Positions 38,504 through 52,622 of a stretch of DNA of 64,000 nucleotides are shown piece by piece. Source of the DNA: Octopus bimaculoides. Its lineage: Eukaryota. Position numbers and translations under genes: made by a program. The first letter of the stretch is position 1. Each line of letters opens with the position of its first letter. The stretch lies in contig NC_068988.1 of NCBI RefSeq assembly GCF_001194135.2, forward strand, positions 20,797,543-20,861,542, written 5' to 3'. The notes under the pieces are model-generated. The model was not told where the DNA came from. It did no database searches and worked only from the letters and a program-made list of their open reading frames with translations.

Positions 38504-39961
38504 GATTGTGGAGTGGAAAAATTAATTGAATACTTTAGGGATAAAAAAACACCTTGCAACAAATTACTGTTTAGCTTCAAACCAACTCAGATCGAACATA
38601 TCTATAAAAATCAAAATAAGTTCTACTCCTAACCATTCCAGCTCTATTTTTCAGAAATATGTACAACTACTTTATCTGATGTGTTTTTCATTTACTTGAA
38701 ATAGAAGATATTATTTGAGAAAAGACTTGGCTATTATTTCTAGAAGTAACAACCAGTTGAGTGTCTATGTAGAGACATACTCATTGGTTACATTCAGAAA
38801 TAGTTCAATTCCAGGAGAGCCAACTTCATGTTACATTTCTATGAAAATTCTACTATTTTCTACTAGAAAATAATTAAGATTTATTACTGAATACTATAAG
38901 GCTTCAGTCGGTGGTAGATTTCTGCAAGTACTTTTCAATAGATCTTAATAACATGGGGTTATGTTCCCTGTATTCAGATCTTATTTCCTTTTTGTTACAT
39001 AGTATAACATCTCTTTCACTCCACAGGTCTGTTATTGCTAGTTCCTAGAGAAGTTGGTTCATTTTCAAACGACTGAATTTCATGTCATCATTGTGTGCTG
39101 GATATAGCCGTAAACATAAGTAACGGTTCTGTCTTGCTTGTATGAACACCTCAAGTGCACCTATTGTTTTCTCACCAGTTCTAAAATACTGATTTCTAAG
39201 ACAGTCATTTAAATCAACCTCTATATTTGACTGGTAGTTATTTTGATCAACTCTCTCTAACAAAAACACTAGTCAAAATCCCATTCAGCACAGTTTGAAA
39301 TCGGAACATGAAGAGACAATTTCAAACCCCATTGACTTCCTGTTTACTTCTTTCCGTCAAGGCAAAATTCCTGGTGCTATTCCGGGTGGGTTATGGCCCC
39401 TGCTGTTTTCTGAGAAAAGCTTTAGTCATCATCATCATCATCATCATCACCACCACCACCACAGAGACTTTGAATTCACTTTACCAGAATGAAAAACATA
39501 GAGGTTTGTGATGGTGCTCTCGCAAATGTTGAATTACTCACTGCTGATCCCCACATTGCTTTTGACACCATACACATGGCATAAACAACTGGAACAAACT
39601 TTTACACACAGCTGGAGTTTTCATTGCTCACCAGTTTTTGCAATGTGTCTGCATACGTGCACACTTGTGTGAGTCAGTGAATGAATAAAGAACCATTTTT
39701 GTTTACATGTTATGACAATGGCTTGCTCACCCAAAATATATTACGCTCTGTTTATGTAAAATATTAACACAATCATTTTCTAAGTAATTTTCTAATTTAT
39801 AGATCAGTGACTAGTTGTCACTTGGAAAACTATATATTTCGAACGGGAATTTGGCAGCGCCACCTCTAGCCAAACAATTATTCTGTGTTGATGAAGAGAA
39901 ATAACCCAGAAATCATGATACACAGATATTGTTTTGAGCTGAGTTGGGTGCTAGATTCCTT

Positions 39962-40070
39962 TCGTTGTCGTTTAACGTCCGCTTTCCATGCTAGCATGGG
40001 TTGGACAATTTGACTGAGTGTAGTGGATGCTTTTACGTGCCATCGGCACGAAGGCCAGTCAGGCGGTACC
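39962..40070 (-). mobile_element. Internally deleted family D copy
   Basis: D tail joined directly to one module, core missing. Confidence 0.75.
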
Positions 40071-41303
40071 TTATTTTAAACTAATCATTTGTCTGAAATT
40101 TTCTTTCAATAAAAATAGACTCAAGTTGTGTAACAGAACATATTTTCCCCTCAATTTGGTTCATTATGTCAAAAGTAAAGATATAGTAAAGAGCTATGTA
40201 CAAATATTGTACGAAAATATAAGGACACAGATCATGTCGTATAGCCAGCTGGAGATGATGTCTCCTGGGGCTAAATTACAGCAACATTTGTCCTAAACCA
40301 GGACTGCCATGTTATGTTGGCAAACAATCTTTACTACATAGTACTGTTGCTGAATATCTCACGTTATGATATTTAAAAATAGTAACAATCATTCATGTAC
40401 ACACAGGGCATTTTAACCTACAATACTTGAGAAACTATATGTAACCTTAAAATAAGACCACTGGTTTTGTTTTGTTTTGTTTTTTTTTTTTGTTTTTTTT
40501 ACCCAGACAGTAAGAACCCGTAAAAGATATTCCAAAGACAAAACACACATAGACACATGTTTATCTATATAGGTCCAAAACCCAAACTGTGTTTCTCATG
40601 AAATATAGTATCAAATTACAAGATAACTATATCTGAAGGTCATTCAAAAAAATATAAAAACCCCCCATTTCTTCTAAGAAATACTCCCTTCAGGTCACTT
40701 AGCAACTGCATTTCAGTTTACTGTTTTATCAACATTTTATTAGTGAACACTGAACACTCCAAGATGCTCCAGCTTCCACTGGTTTCATGGCTCATCACTT
40801 GTGAAATAATTACAAACTAATGTCCTGAGATTTTAGCTGTACAGCAAACTGAACAACAAATGGCTAGAATAAAATTTATGTTACTCCAAAATCCTACGTA
40901 TCCCATCTTAGCATACCGCTCGCTGACCTTTTATCTTTCCTTTCATACTAACACACAATTCCCCAGCTTCATGGAAATATGCCAGTATTTTCTTCTTAAA
41001 AGAGAAGAAAGACATCAAAATACAGCTTTATCTTAAATTCATTTTTACATATCTACTCCAAAACACACACACACAAAAAAATTAGATAAAATAAAACCAA
41101 CCATCCAATTCTAGAAAGGAATAATTTCACTGTTGTAGTACTTTCTTGCACTATGAAAATAAGGAGCGACCAACCATAATTTATAACATCTAAAAAAAAT
41201 TATCTATTTCTAAGCAACTTTGCATCAAAAGACTGTTATGAAGAACTAAAATTTCTAGTTTGGTTGTACAAATCTTATGCAAATAATGTAAGAAATTTTC
41301 TAA

Positions 41304-41423
41304 AATTATGAACTGTATGTCTTTAGGATAAATGTCTTTAGGACAAATGTCTTTTGGATAAATTTCTTTTGGATAAACTTTTTCAGGATAAATTATGAAT
41401 TGTATGTCTTTAGGATAAATTTC
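41304..41423. repeat. Degenerate 15-bp minisatellite (aggataaatgtcttt) with a duplicated flank
   Basis: About five tandem units; aaattatgaa(c/t)tgtatgtctttaggataaat occurs twice. Confidence 0.8.
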
Positions 41424-42751
41424 ATTTCATTTGTTTAACTGCACTAAAATGCAGTCAATTCTAAAAATAAAAAAATATTTTTCCTTCTTTAAGAGGAAAT
41501 ATACAAACTAAAGGCAAAATTTGAAAGGAACAAAAGGCAGAAAATTTTCAGTTATCTGAAAGTGGAAAATTACATAAAAGTGGACTTTGGAAACCTGCTT
41601 GAACTAGAATTTTCCTAACACCAAAATTCATGCTAAATAAAAAATTTTTAAATTCTGTTTCATCTCTATCCAAATTTTTACATTTCCAACATTTTTTTTT
41701 TGTTTTGCCATTTTATATTTATGGGAGAGATGGGTTTTTATTAATGCATTTCCTTTTACAGCTGAATGATACATTCCTTCAATAAACCACTCAGCTGTGA
41801 AATACAAATGGAACAGTAGGGGAAAGATAGAGTAGCTATATGCTTTGCCTAAGCCCACAACACATTAAATCTCAACAATGTGGTTAGCAGACCAGCAACA
41901 TAATTGCACAACAGCCAAGTGAATTTCTAATAAACAACAAAATAGGACCCATATGGTGTTTATCAGAGAAAATACATTAGTTCTACAGGTTGGCCAACTG
42001 CCCCTTTTACAACCATATTCTAATGAAATACACTACCTATGTGTTTCGATTAACTTTGAAAATAATCAAGAATTTGGAAGGATTCACTAAAGCAAACGTT
42101 TTCATTAAGCTGGTGTTTGAAACTCAACAAAAATGTTCTTACATAAATCATGATGGGAAGTTTTAATTTAAACACAAACACTTTAAAATAGGTGGTTTTG
42201 TACTACAGAACTAAGGGTAGTCTCAGAGATGATGGTACCAAAACGGTTAGAAAACAAGACTGATCATTTCTAAGATAAGGGAGTGAATTGAAGCATAAAT
42301 AATGCATGGTATCCTGAGCCGTTATTTGCCTTATACCATCAGAAAATATGTAAATGGATTGAGCTGTAAAAGTACTTGTTAAGATGTTCAGTATGTACAA
42401 TCTTGTACACTTACTTAGTGACTGATTCATTAGATCTTTGGCAAGTACAATGAAACTGATGTTTCTCTGAGTGGATCATCATAAGACAGAAACATGTACA
42501 GTGTTGCCACTTGTACTTGTCATGAAAATGACACTGATGTAAGTCCTCAACTAAATAATTTTATTTTCATTATTCATCAACATCATCGTTTTAACATCCA
42601 CTTGACCATGCTTGCATGGGGACAGATGGACTTTACTGAGGCAAATTTTCTATGGCTGGACACTTTCCTGTAGCCAACCCTTATTTTTCTCCAACCAAGA
42701 TAATATTTCCCCCAAGATCTGACATGTTTTCATAGAATATTGAAAATCTCT

Positions 42752-42911
42752 TTTACTCTTTTACTTGTTTCAGTCATTTGACTGTGGCCATGCTGGAGCA
42801 CCGCCTTTAGTCGAGCAAATCGACCCCAGGACTTATTCTTTGTAAGCCTAGTACTTATTCTATCAGTCTCTTTTGCCGAACCGCTAAGTTATGGGACGTA
42901 AACACACTCAG
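42752..42911 (-). mobile_element. SINE family B 3' fragment
   Basis: Matches the B 3' half. Confidence 0.85.
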
Positions 42912-45625
42912 ACATATGTAATGCTCATTTATTCACATTCTTTAAAATCAATCATGCATTAATTTGTACCTAAGAGATTTCAATGAAGTTTATTTTTAGG
43001 ATGACATTGTAAGGTAGGTTTGAGGGGCCAGATCTGATCAGTTTGAACATAAAACAGGTCGGATATTTGAGTCAGATAAAAGAGGTTTCAATGACATATA
43101 GTCTGGTTTGCAAAAAAAAAAAAAAAACAATCACAACAGGAAAACTTTTGATCATAAACCTACTCTATCAACAAGAGCCAAGTAAATTATATCAACAAAA
43201 TAATATTTTTTTTCTAATTACTGAAATAAATGAATAAAATAATTTTTCTTTTTTTAATTACTAAATAAACTTCCAGGTACTGTTGCTTCCTTAGTAAATA
43301 TGTTTACTACAACTGAGAAAACTACAAAAATATTTATCAGGTTACTAGATCTGTGATAATACTCTTATCTTTAAAAAAACTTAAATTGTGTCTTGAAAAT
43401 GTGTTTACGTTGTTTACAAGCAAAGGAAATAAATAACTGGTTAAATAGATAACAAAAAAAAAAATATCCTTGAAAATGTTTTGGCAAAGAAACAAGTTGA
43501 ATTTGTGTATGTTGCAACAATGCCTCAATTATTCTTTCCTTCAAAGCTTTGCCCACAACCAATAGAAACGTACTATTTCTAAGCTGTCCATTCACTAAGT
43601 ACTTCAATCTTGTTCATTCATACCATCACATCTTCCTACTATTGCTCTTCATTAGTAAGCGCATTTTTCGTAACCAATCCTTATCTACTTTTCTCCAGGC
43701 ATGTATGCAGTTTACAGTTCTGCGTTACACGTCAACAGGTTTGCATTAACCAGTAAGGGAGTCCAAGTCAGTTGGGGAAAGGAGCTTCTACAGTTGTTCA
43801 TTTGCTCAAATGTAGTGGCTAAATCTTGTTCAATAAGCAGTCTACTGTCTTCAAAAATTGTGACCATATGGTTTCATTCCTAAATGCAGTGACAGTAAAT
43901 ATATTCCCCCATTTCACAGCAAATACAGGCTGTTACAATCTTTCAAAACATTAAGTTAGTTTACATGAAATGGTATTTATTACTTCAACATTGTGTTCCT
44001 CATTTGTTTTAATATAAATCATACATGGTCTATTTTTTAATAAATATCCCCAATGTCATTGTGCCATAGTGGTTTGGGTATTTGGCTTATGACTGTATGG
44101 TCATGAGTTCAATTCCTAGCTGTGCATTGTGTTGTTGAGCAAGACACTTTATTTCACTGACCAATCCCTGGAGTTCATCAACTGCATGTTACAAGTGAAA
44201 TAATTCTCTAGTAACAGTGCAGTCATTGAAACTTCTTCAAAAACTGTAAATCCAATTTTAGTTAACAACTTTCATTGTATATTCTATTTCATTTGTTACC
44301 ATGTAAGAGAGAGTGAAAATGTCATAACAAAACGTTATTGAAATTTTAGTTTTGTTTCCATTTTCCTTGTAGCTAGAATGAAATGAGAAAAAAATACTTT
44401 TCTTCCACAGTAAAAGACACTATAGATTACATATAACCTTTCCTTTTCAAATAGATACCACCTAAGCAGATTTTACCATTACTGCTCATGACTTTTAAGC
44501 ACTCTTTAGAAAATTTAGCTGTTTTGACTAAGCGCATTATAACACTGCATGTGATGTATGGCATGTGTACTAATTAAAAAAAAAGAGAGAAAACCAGTAA
44601 AATAAAATAAGAATGGAACATTTAGTATCAAATAACACATCAAAGACTCCATAGGGAAGCCAATAGCATTTTCTTTGCAGCACAATATCTCAATGTCTAC
44701 AGTGATACGGCAGAACCTTTCCACTTCCTTTCTTCAGATGTTGTTGAGTAGATTTTTTAACAATTACAGTTTGAGATTCTAATTACCAATCTAAGTATAG
44801 AATTTTAAAAAATATAACTCAATTGATTGTTAGAGATTAACAAAACAGTAAGCTTTTCTTGTACAGAAAATATAAGAGTCAGCTACATGAAGGTTCACTC
44901 CTGACATCTCCAGCAATCACTGTCAACAAATTTACAGTTTTTAAGATGTAAAAAAAAAAGCAAATTAGCTGAGTAACTAAATACGATACTGAACTACCAT
45001 CTTAAACCCAATACAGCTATTTATTTTATTGTGCTTCTGTGCAGGAGATTTTAAGCTGTCAACAAAAAGTACCACAATTTCTTGGTAGAGTGACCTGCAT
45101 CCAACCCAAGAAGAAATCTGATTCATCAATTCGTTACTATAGAAACTAAAGTGAACCCTTTTATTATTCTAGTGAAATAAAATTCTTTTGTTTCAGTTAA
45201 TTTTTTTTTAAAAATAAGGAATAACTTTGCCGTTATTAAGCTGCAAAATTTTGTTGAGAGGTTTTGAATTTAGACCACTTCAAAACAGGAAGTTTGTCTT
45301 ATAGAACCATGGGTAGCTTCAGGTAAATTGGTATTAAAAATGGTTAAACATTAACCCTATGAACTCTGTTGATCTCAAAAAGACTGGTTATGAAAGGAAA
45401 TAAAAACTGATAGTAAGGTTGAACATTGTCATTGGCAGACTAATGAGCTGAGTAATGTGTCTAAATATGATTTCAAACCCTGCCATTGAACAAAGACATA
45501 TACCCCAAAATACAAAAATGCTCTTCCTTTTCATTTCTGTGTATGCTATCACTTGAGTGATTAACATAAATGAAGCTATTCATGTTAGAGCTACTTCAAT
45601 AATTTATATTTACTATTTCAGTATA

Positions 45626-45776
45626 GGTACAGGCATGACTGTTTGATAAGAAGCTCGCTTCCAAACTACATGGTTTCAGGTTCAGTCCCACAGTGTGGCA
45701 CTTTGGACAGGCATCTTTTATTATAGGCCTTGAGCTGACCAAAGCCTTGTGAGTAGAATTGGTAGGCATTGAAAGA

Positions 45777-45837
<61 letters not shown>

Positions 45838-46025
45838 TCTCTCTCTCTCTCTCTCATCCCCATACTTGGCAATTATTGCCCTTGTAACTTAATGGTTCAG
45901 CAAAGCAGGCCCCTAGAATAAGTACAAGACTTTGAAAATAAATACTGGGTTCAATTTGTATGACTAAATCCTTCAAGGCAATGCCCCCAGCAAAGCAGCA
46001 GTCAAATGAGTGAGGCAAGTAAAAT
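45626..46025 (+). mobile_element. Older B-type SINE with a long (GT)n
   Basis: Diverged B head and 3' domain. Confidence 0.7.
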
Positions 46026-46885
46026 TATAGAATATAACAGCTGCTAATAATCAAATCATGATTATATGAAAGCAGACAAAAAAAAAAAAAGAAAAAGAAA
46101 ACCCCATGAGCACAACCACAGTAAAAACCAATGTCTAAACGCTTACAACAGAGTGAACTCTACGAAATTCATCCAAGACCTAAGCAGTAGCACTGTTGTT
46201 TAGCTCCAGATCAACCCTGATCCCATAACCCCTTGATTAAAAGCATTCCAGCCATGACCTTATCGTTTTTTGGTGGGGTATGCAGAAATATATTACCTCA
46301 TATTTTTTTCTTTATTTAAGATAGTAGGATATATGAGGGAGATTTGGCTACTACTTCTAGCATGTCAAGTAACCACACAGAGGCTTTCTCGAAACCAAGT
46401 GGGGTCTGAGGCCTACCTTCCAAGCTGACCCCTCTCAGGATTGACCAAAAGGTAAACCAACACAAAAACAACTATGTACAAAGCCAATGAGGGAGCCTCT
46501 ACATATTTACTTGATCTGCTACAAATAACAACCAAATCTCCTTCATACTACATCCTGCCATCTGACACAAAAAAAATACAATACATGGTTTCAGATTCAC
46601 TGCACATAGGAAAAAGACATCTGAAAAGACAGGATGGTCATAATTAGAACACCTTTGATCAGTCTGCTTGATCAGTACTAATTGCAGTGGGGGTGGACTA
46701 AATCACAACTCCTCTCTCTTGAAATGACTTCTAAACATTCTAGACTATAAAAAAAATTGATTTTAAAATTTATGAGGCATTCTAAATGAAGTTAAATAGG
46801 GGTGGGCATGTAAGGAATTGACAGATATCATTACCATAAATGTAGAAAAATACATAAGAAAAAAATCAAAAAAATATCTCTTTGC

Positions 46886-47615
46886 CTATAGGTGCAGGAG
46901 TGGCTGTGTGGTAAGTAGCCTGCTTACCAACCACATGGTTCCGGGTTCAGTCCCACTGCGTGGCACTTTGGGCAAGTTTCTTCTACTATAGCCTCAGGCC
47001 GACCAAAGCCTTGTGAGTGGATTTGGTAGACGGAAACTGAAAGAAGACCGTCGTATATATGTATATGTATATATATGTGTGTGTTATTTCTTTACTACCC
47101 ACAAGGGGCTACACAAAGAGAGGACAAACAAGGACAGACAAACGGATTAAGTCGATTACATCGACCCCAGTGCATAACTGGTACTTATTTNNNNNNNNNN
47201 NNNNCTATAGGTGCAGGAGTGGCTGTGTGGTAAGTAGCCTGCTTACCAACCACATGGTTCCGGGTTCAGTCCCACTGCGTGGCACTTTGGGCAAGTTTCT
47301 TCTACTATAGCCTCAGGCCGACCAAAGCCTTGTGAGTGGATTTGGTAGACGGAAACTGAAAGAAGACCGTCGTATATATGTATATGTATATATATGTGTG
47401 TGTGTGTTTGTGTGCCTGTGTTTGTCCCCCCACCCCCCAACATCGCTTGACAACCGATGCTGGCGTGTTTACATCCCCGTAACTTAGCGGTTCGGCAAAA
47501 GAGACCGATAGAATAAGTACTACTAGGCTTACAAAGAATAAGTCCTGGGGTGATTTGCTCGACTAAAGGCGGTGCTCCAGCATGGCCGCAGTCAAATGAC
47601 CGAAACAAGTAAAAA
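46886..47615 (+). mobile_element. Duplicated SINE B copy across a 15-N gap; first copy interrupted by a minus-strand SINE C (47085-47190)
   Basis: Both copies share the flank ctataggtgcagg and private variants (gtagcctgc, gcactttggg, aagtttctt, gaagaccgtc). Confidence 0.85.
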
Positions 47616-48055
47616 ATAAGAATTAAAAAAAAGAGTATGTCTTCGGTGTAACAACATGTAAAGAATGACAATATGTTTAATAAGCATATTAGGTGGATAT
47701 ATGATAAGCATGTATGATTAGCTGTTGCTTTCTTGTTTAGTCGCAGGTCAAGCATGGTTGAACAGGCTGGTGATCAAAGGCATTCCAGTCATGACAATCC
47801 TGCCTTTTCAGATGTAGTATAGGTATGTCACAAAGAAAACTACCATTGTATGATAGATTGTGATTTGAATCACATTTAGCTGCTATTTCTAGCGGTCAGA
47901 GTAACCATACAAAGGTTACCTCACTGATTCAGTGTAGTGTTTTAGCTGATATGTTCAAAAGCAGAACATTTTGGAATTATTATCTTCACTCAAACCTATC
48001 TATAGCCCCTAGGACTTTATTTCTCTTTGCCTATATTAAAAATCAACATACATAG

Positions 48056-48232
48056 CAGCAGGTGTGGCTGTGTGGTAAGAAGTTTACTTTGAAACCACAT
48101 GGTTCTGGGTTCAGCCCCACTGCATGGCCCCTTGGGTAAATGTCTTCTACTATAGCTTGGGGACAACCAAGCTTTGTGAGTGGATTTGGTAGACATAAAT
48201 TGAAAGAAGCCCATTGTACACATATCTATATA

Positions 48233-48272
<40 letters not shown>

Positions 48273-48488
48273 TTTGTTTGTCCCCTGCCACCACCTGAGA
48301 ACCAATATTGGTGTGTTTATAGCTCCATAACTTAGCAGTTCTGCAAAAGAGACTGATAGAATAAGTACCAGGCTTAAATAAAAAAAAAATTTTTAAATAA
48401 GTCCTGAGGTGAATTCGTTCAACTAAAAGTTCTTCATGACAGTGGCTCCAGCATGGCCATAGTCAAATGACCGAAACAAGTAAAAGAA
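48056..48488 (+). mobile_element. Older B-type SINE
   Basis: Diverged B head, (TG)n and 3' domain. Confidence 0.8.
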
Positions 48489-48831
48489 GATCCTCCAACA
48501 TTTAACAGTTCAAGTCCTCGTGTTCACAGTCACCATCTCAGACTGAATAAAATCAACAAAGAAATTCCAGTTATGAAGACTGACATGTTAATATACCTCT
48601 GAGTTCAACAAGTGACTTACGACAGACTTGAATACGAGTGAGTGAAAGTTGGGAGTGAATGTCCAAGTGAGAGTGGTGTCGTTAGTGAATGGAATAAGAG
48701 TGAGTGAGCAAATAGAAGTGGATGAAAGTTGTGAGTGAGTAAATATGAGTGCGTTTCCAAGTGTGTGTGCATGTGAGTGAATGAATATCCATGTATGCAT
48801 GTGTGTGTGTGCAAGTAAGTGAATGATAATG

Positions 48832-48866
<35 letters not shown>

Positions 48867-49254
48867 ATGCAAATTTTGTGTGTGAATGACCGTTTATGTG
48901 TGTGTTTAAATAACAGCACTCACATGAAAATTTTTAGAGCAATATTTTTACAATGGAATGTACTTAATTGCATCTCAGAAAATTTAACCTTATTTCATAA
49001 TTGCTCACTTCTTAATTTTGTGTGTGTGCACGCGCACGCACACACATGCATGCATGTGTGTGTGTGTGTGTGTGTGTCAATATAAATATATGTTTAACTA
49101 TATGCATACATGCATATGTGAATGTCTGTGCACATGCATAAGAGTGTACAAGAAAAAGAAAGGATACATGTTTGCTTGTGTGTGTGAATGTGCCTTTTAG
49201 CATATTCGTACCAAAAAAAATTCTATTTTTACGTTCCTGTCAAGTGTCTGCTAA

Positions 49255-49475
49255 CCCTTTAGCATTTAAATTCGTCTGTCAAATGTAATGCTTATTCATT
49301 CATATTGTTTTGAATTAATAATGCATTATCTCATAGCTTCAAGACTTAGAAAATGCGATTGTTTATTTTTAGAATGACAAATGTTGGGTAGGTGTAAAAT
49401 ACAGGATCTGGCCACTTTCAACATAAAACATATAGAATATTTGGGCTGGAAATGGCCAGTTTAAATGTTAATGGG
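49255..49475. mobile_element. piggyBac-type MITE (family 1)
   Basis: (c)TAA|ccctttagcattt ... aatgttaatggg|TTAA. Confidence 0.7.
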
Positions 49476-49835
49476 TTAATTCAACCATCAAGGCTTCCTT
49501 TAACTGAAGTCGGTCCAAGTAAGGCACAAACAGTTTTGTTTTCAATGCCAGAATATAAAAAAGCAATCTTGCAAGTGAGAGATGACTGACCAGTGTGTTT
49601 ACAAAATTACAAGCAATTAAAACAACTTTTTGCTGTGTTTATTATGAATTTATGAATTGTTAACCATGTAATGGTTACATCCACATGCATCTTGTTTGTC
49701 TGAATAGGGGGCATATGGATGCATGTGCAGCTGTGTAGAAACCATAAGGCTTCAGGTTCAATCCCATTCTGCAGTACGCTGAATATGGTCTAATATCAAA
49801 GCTTCTGGTTCTATAAAAGCCGAAAGCTGTTATGT

Positions 49836-50121
49836 TTTACTTGTATCAGTCATTAGACTGTGGCCAGGTTGGGGCACCACCTTGAAGAATTTTTAGCTGA
49901 ATATATTGATCTCGGGACTTTTTTTCATAAACCTGACATTTATTCTATCAGTCTCTTTACTGAACAGCTAGGTCATAGGGACATAAATACACCAATATTG
50001 GTTGTTAAGTGATGGTGGGGACAAAGACACACATACAATGGGCTTTTTCCAGTTTTCATCTACCAAATCCACTCACAAAGCTTTGGTCGGCCCGAGGTTA
50101 TAGTAGAAGATACTTGCCCAA
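49836..50121 (-). mobile_element. Older B-type SINE, partial
   Basis: Reverse complement of the diverged B 3' domain and part of the head. Confidence 0.75.
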
Positions 50122-51199
50122 GTACTGCAGGCACAATAAAAAAAAAACAGCTTTTAGAAAAGCTGCTAAAAAAGTTAGTAAATCATGAATGAAGCAAAAC
50201 CTTAGTAATTAACGGCACAAAGTATTACAAGAATATTTTGGAGATATCATAATATCTTTTGGAGAGATTATAATGATTAAAATAAACAAGCATTCTTGTT
50301 CTTTTTGGTTCTGTTAGGAGTGTCTGTTGTAATTGCAGCAGAGTGATGACTTGATAGGTCCTCATCTTCTCTTTCCGAAACTATGTTATCATTATTTTTT
50401 GAGTAGTTAAGTGAGAGAATAGCATATTTTAAAGGTTTGCAGTTTTCATCAGTTATATCGAGTCGAGATCTCAAGATAAATGACTTGCTGTTACTGTATC
50501 GCACCTCCCTGCTGCAATATAATTAGGATGTACTGGTACGGTTGGCACCACTGCATTTCAATCACTAATCCCTCATTTCATATAATGGGTCATTTCTGAT
50601 AGCAAAACCTTTTTTTTTTTTTTTTTTTTTTTTTNNNNNNNNNNTTTTTTTTTTTTTTTTTGTCTTTTATGATGAATCATCTGGTGTTTGCTGTGTTGAG
50701 CTACATCTATAAACATTATGCTCGGAGATGATTACATCTTTAAAACTCTAGAAGGCAGTGATATAATATTTATCGACGCACATGGGAACTCTCTGTTCCT
50801 TTGTTTTATCATCCTGTTTGTACTAAATGTAATTAAGTAGTTTTCCATATCATTCCATTGTATTATGTTGTTCATTCAATGAAGGATATTAAAGAATCTT
50901 TCTAATCGTACAAACAACATTCCATCAACTTAAGAATTCTCAAAATTCAGAGCTTTCAAATTGAGAGCCACAATACGTTGATAGAATCATAAAAGCTTAA
51001 GGTGTCAAAGACACTAGCTCTCTGTTGATAATAGATATCCCTGTTTTTTGTTTGTAGCTTCTTTTTTTCTTTTTACAATGAATATAGTGTTATTTAACAG
51101 TCCACTTTCTTTTGCTGTTTTTAATGACCTTTTATTACTCTTAGATAGTATATAATGCTACTTTCTGCCTCTTTTTTTTTTTTTTTTTTATAATTTTGG

Positions 51200-51433
51200 A
51201 TCACACTATATCCAACATAATAATCAGTTGCTGTAGCACCGAGAAATAAATCCATTCAATCAATTAATTTTTGGATTTATTTTACAAGAATTTTTATGAG
51301 GAATAATTTTTTGAAGTTGATATTGTTGTACATTGGGAACGTCATTTTGCCAGTAAATACAAGCACTGGTTTTAGTTCACTTCAATTTATTTTCAATTAA
51401 ATGAAATCATAAATTTTTAGTGACACCACTGTA
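51200..51433. mobile_element. Possible Tc1/mariner terminal fragment
   Basis: Ends gacaccactg|TA (TA-CAGTGG type terminus); no partner TIR found. Confidence 0.35.
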
Positions 51434-51620
51434 ATCTTCCCAATGACTCTCCAGTCTGTAACTGATTTTTCTTTCTTGTGTCCATTATGTTGTCAAGCAT
51501 ATGTATGGGTTGTCTCATTCATGGTTTGTTTAGATTATATCTGTTGTTTATATAATTTTCATTTTTTTGTGTTTTTTGCCAACACAAGATTGCATATGTG
51601 TAAGTGAACATGTGTATGTG

Positions 51621-52006
51621 TAGGCACAGGAGTGGCTGTGTGGTAAGTAGCTTGCTTACCAACCACATGGTTCTGGGTTCAGTCCCACTGCATGGCACCT
51701 TGGGCAAGTGTCTTCTACTATAGCCTCGGGCCGACAAAGGCCTTGTGAGTGGATTTGGTAGACGGACACTGAAAGAAGCCTGTCGTATATGTGTGTGTGT
51801 GTGTGTGTGTGTGTCCAACACCGCTTGACAACCGATGTTGGCGTGTTTACGTCCCCATAACTTAGCGGTTCAGCAAAAGAGATCGATAGAATAAGTACTA
51901 GGCTTACGAAGAATAAGTCCTGGGGTCGATTCGCTCGACTAAAAGGCGGTGCTCCAGTATGGCCGCAGTCAAATGACTGAAACAAGTAAAAGAAGGTAAA
52001 AGAGTA
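51621..52006 (+). mobile_element. SINE family B, full length
   Basis: B consensus. Confidence 0.9.
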
Positions 52007-52241
52007 TATGTTACTAAAAGTAGAATTACTTCAGGTCACATGCATGCTCACTGCTTAATATGTGATGATTGTAAACGAGCATCACTGCAATATCAGCAAT
52101 GTTGTTCATTTGCAGTATTCCAAGGTAAACATGCTTGGCCATGGAGAAATATTACCCTGCATGGAAACAAGTGAGAGTTGGTAACAGGAATGGCCTCAGG
52201 CTGTAGAAGATCCACCTCAACTAATGCCAGCATGAGAAAGT

Positions 52242-52399
52242 GGCACAGGTATGGCTGTGTGGTAAGAAGTTTGCTTCCAAATCACATGGTTCCGGGTTCA
52301 GTCCCACTGTGTGGCATCTTTGGTAAGTGTCTCTTACTTATAGCCTCAGGCCAACCAAAGCCTTGTGAGTGGATTTGACAGACGGAAACTGAAAGAAGC

Positions 52400-52452
<53 letters not shown>

Positions 52453-52622
52453 TGACAACTGTTGTTGGTTTGTTTATGTCCTTGTAACTAACCGGTGTGG
52501 CAAAAAAAGGCCAATGGAATAAGTACCAGGCTTAAAGAAATAAGTACTGGGGTCAATTCATTTGGCTAAAATTCTTCAAGGTGGTACCCCAGCATGGCCA
52601 CAGTCAAACAAAAGATAAAAGA
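52242..52622 (+). mobile_element. Older B-type SINE
   Basis: Diverged B consensus with (TG)n. Confidence 0.8.

Noticed and set aside
39045-39269. 74-aa minus-strand ORF
   Set aside because: No ATG start, no good donor and no recognisable homology.
50666-50770. C/D-box snoRNA (ATGATGA present)
   Set aside because: No terminal CTGA D box or closing stem.
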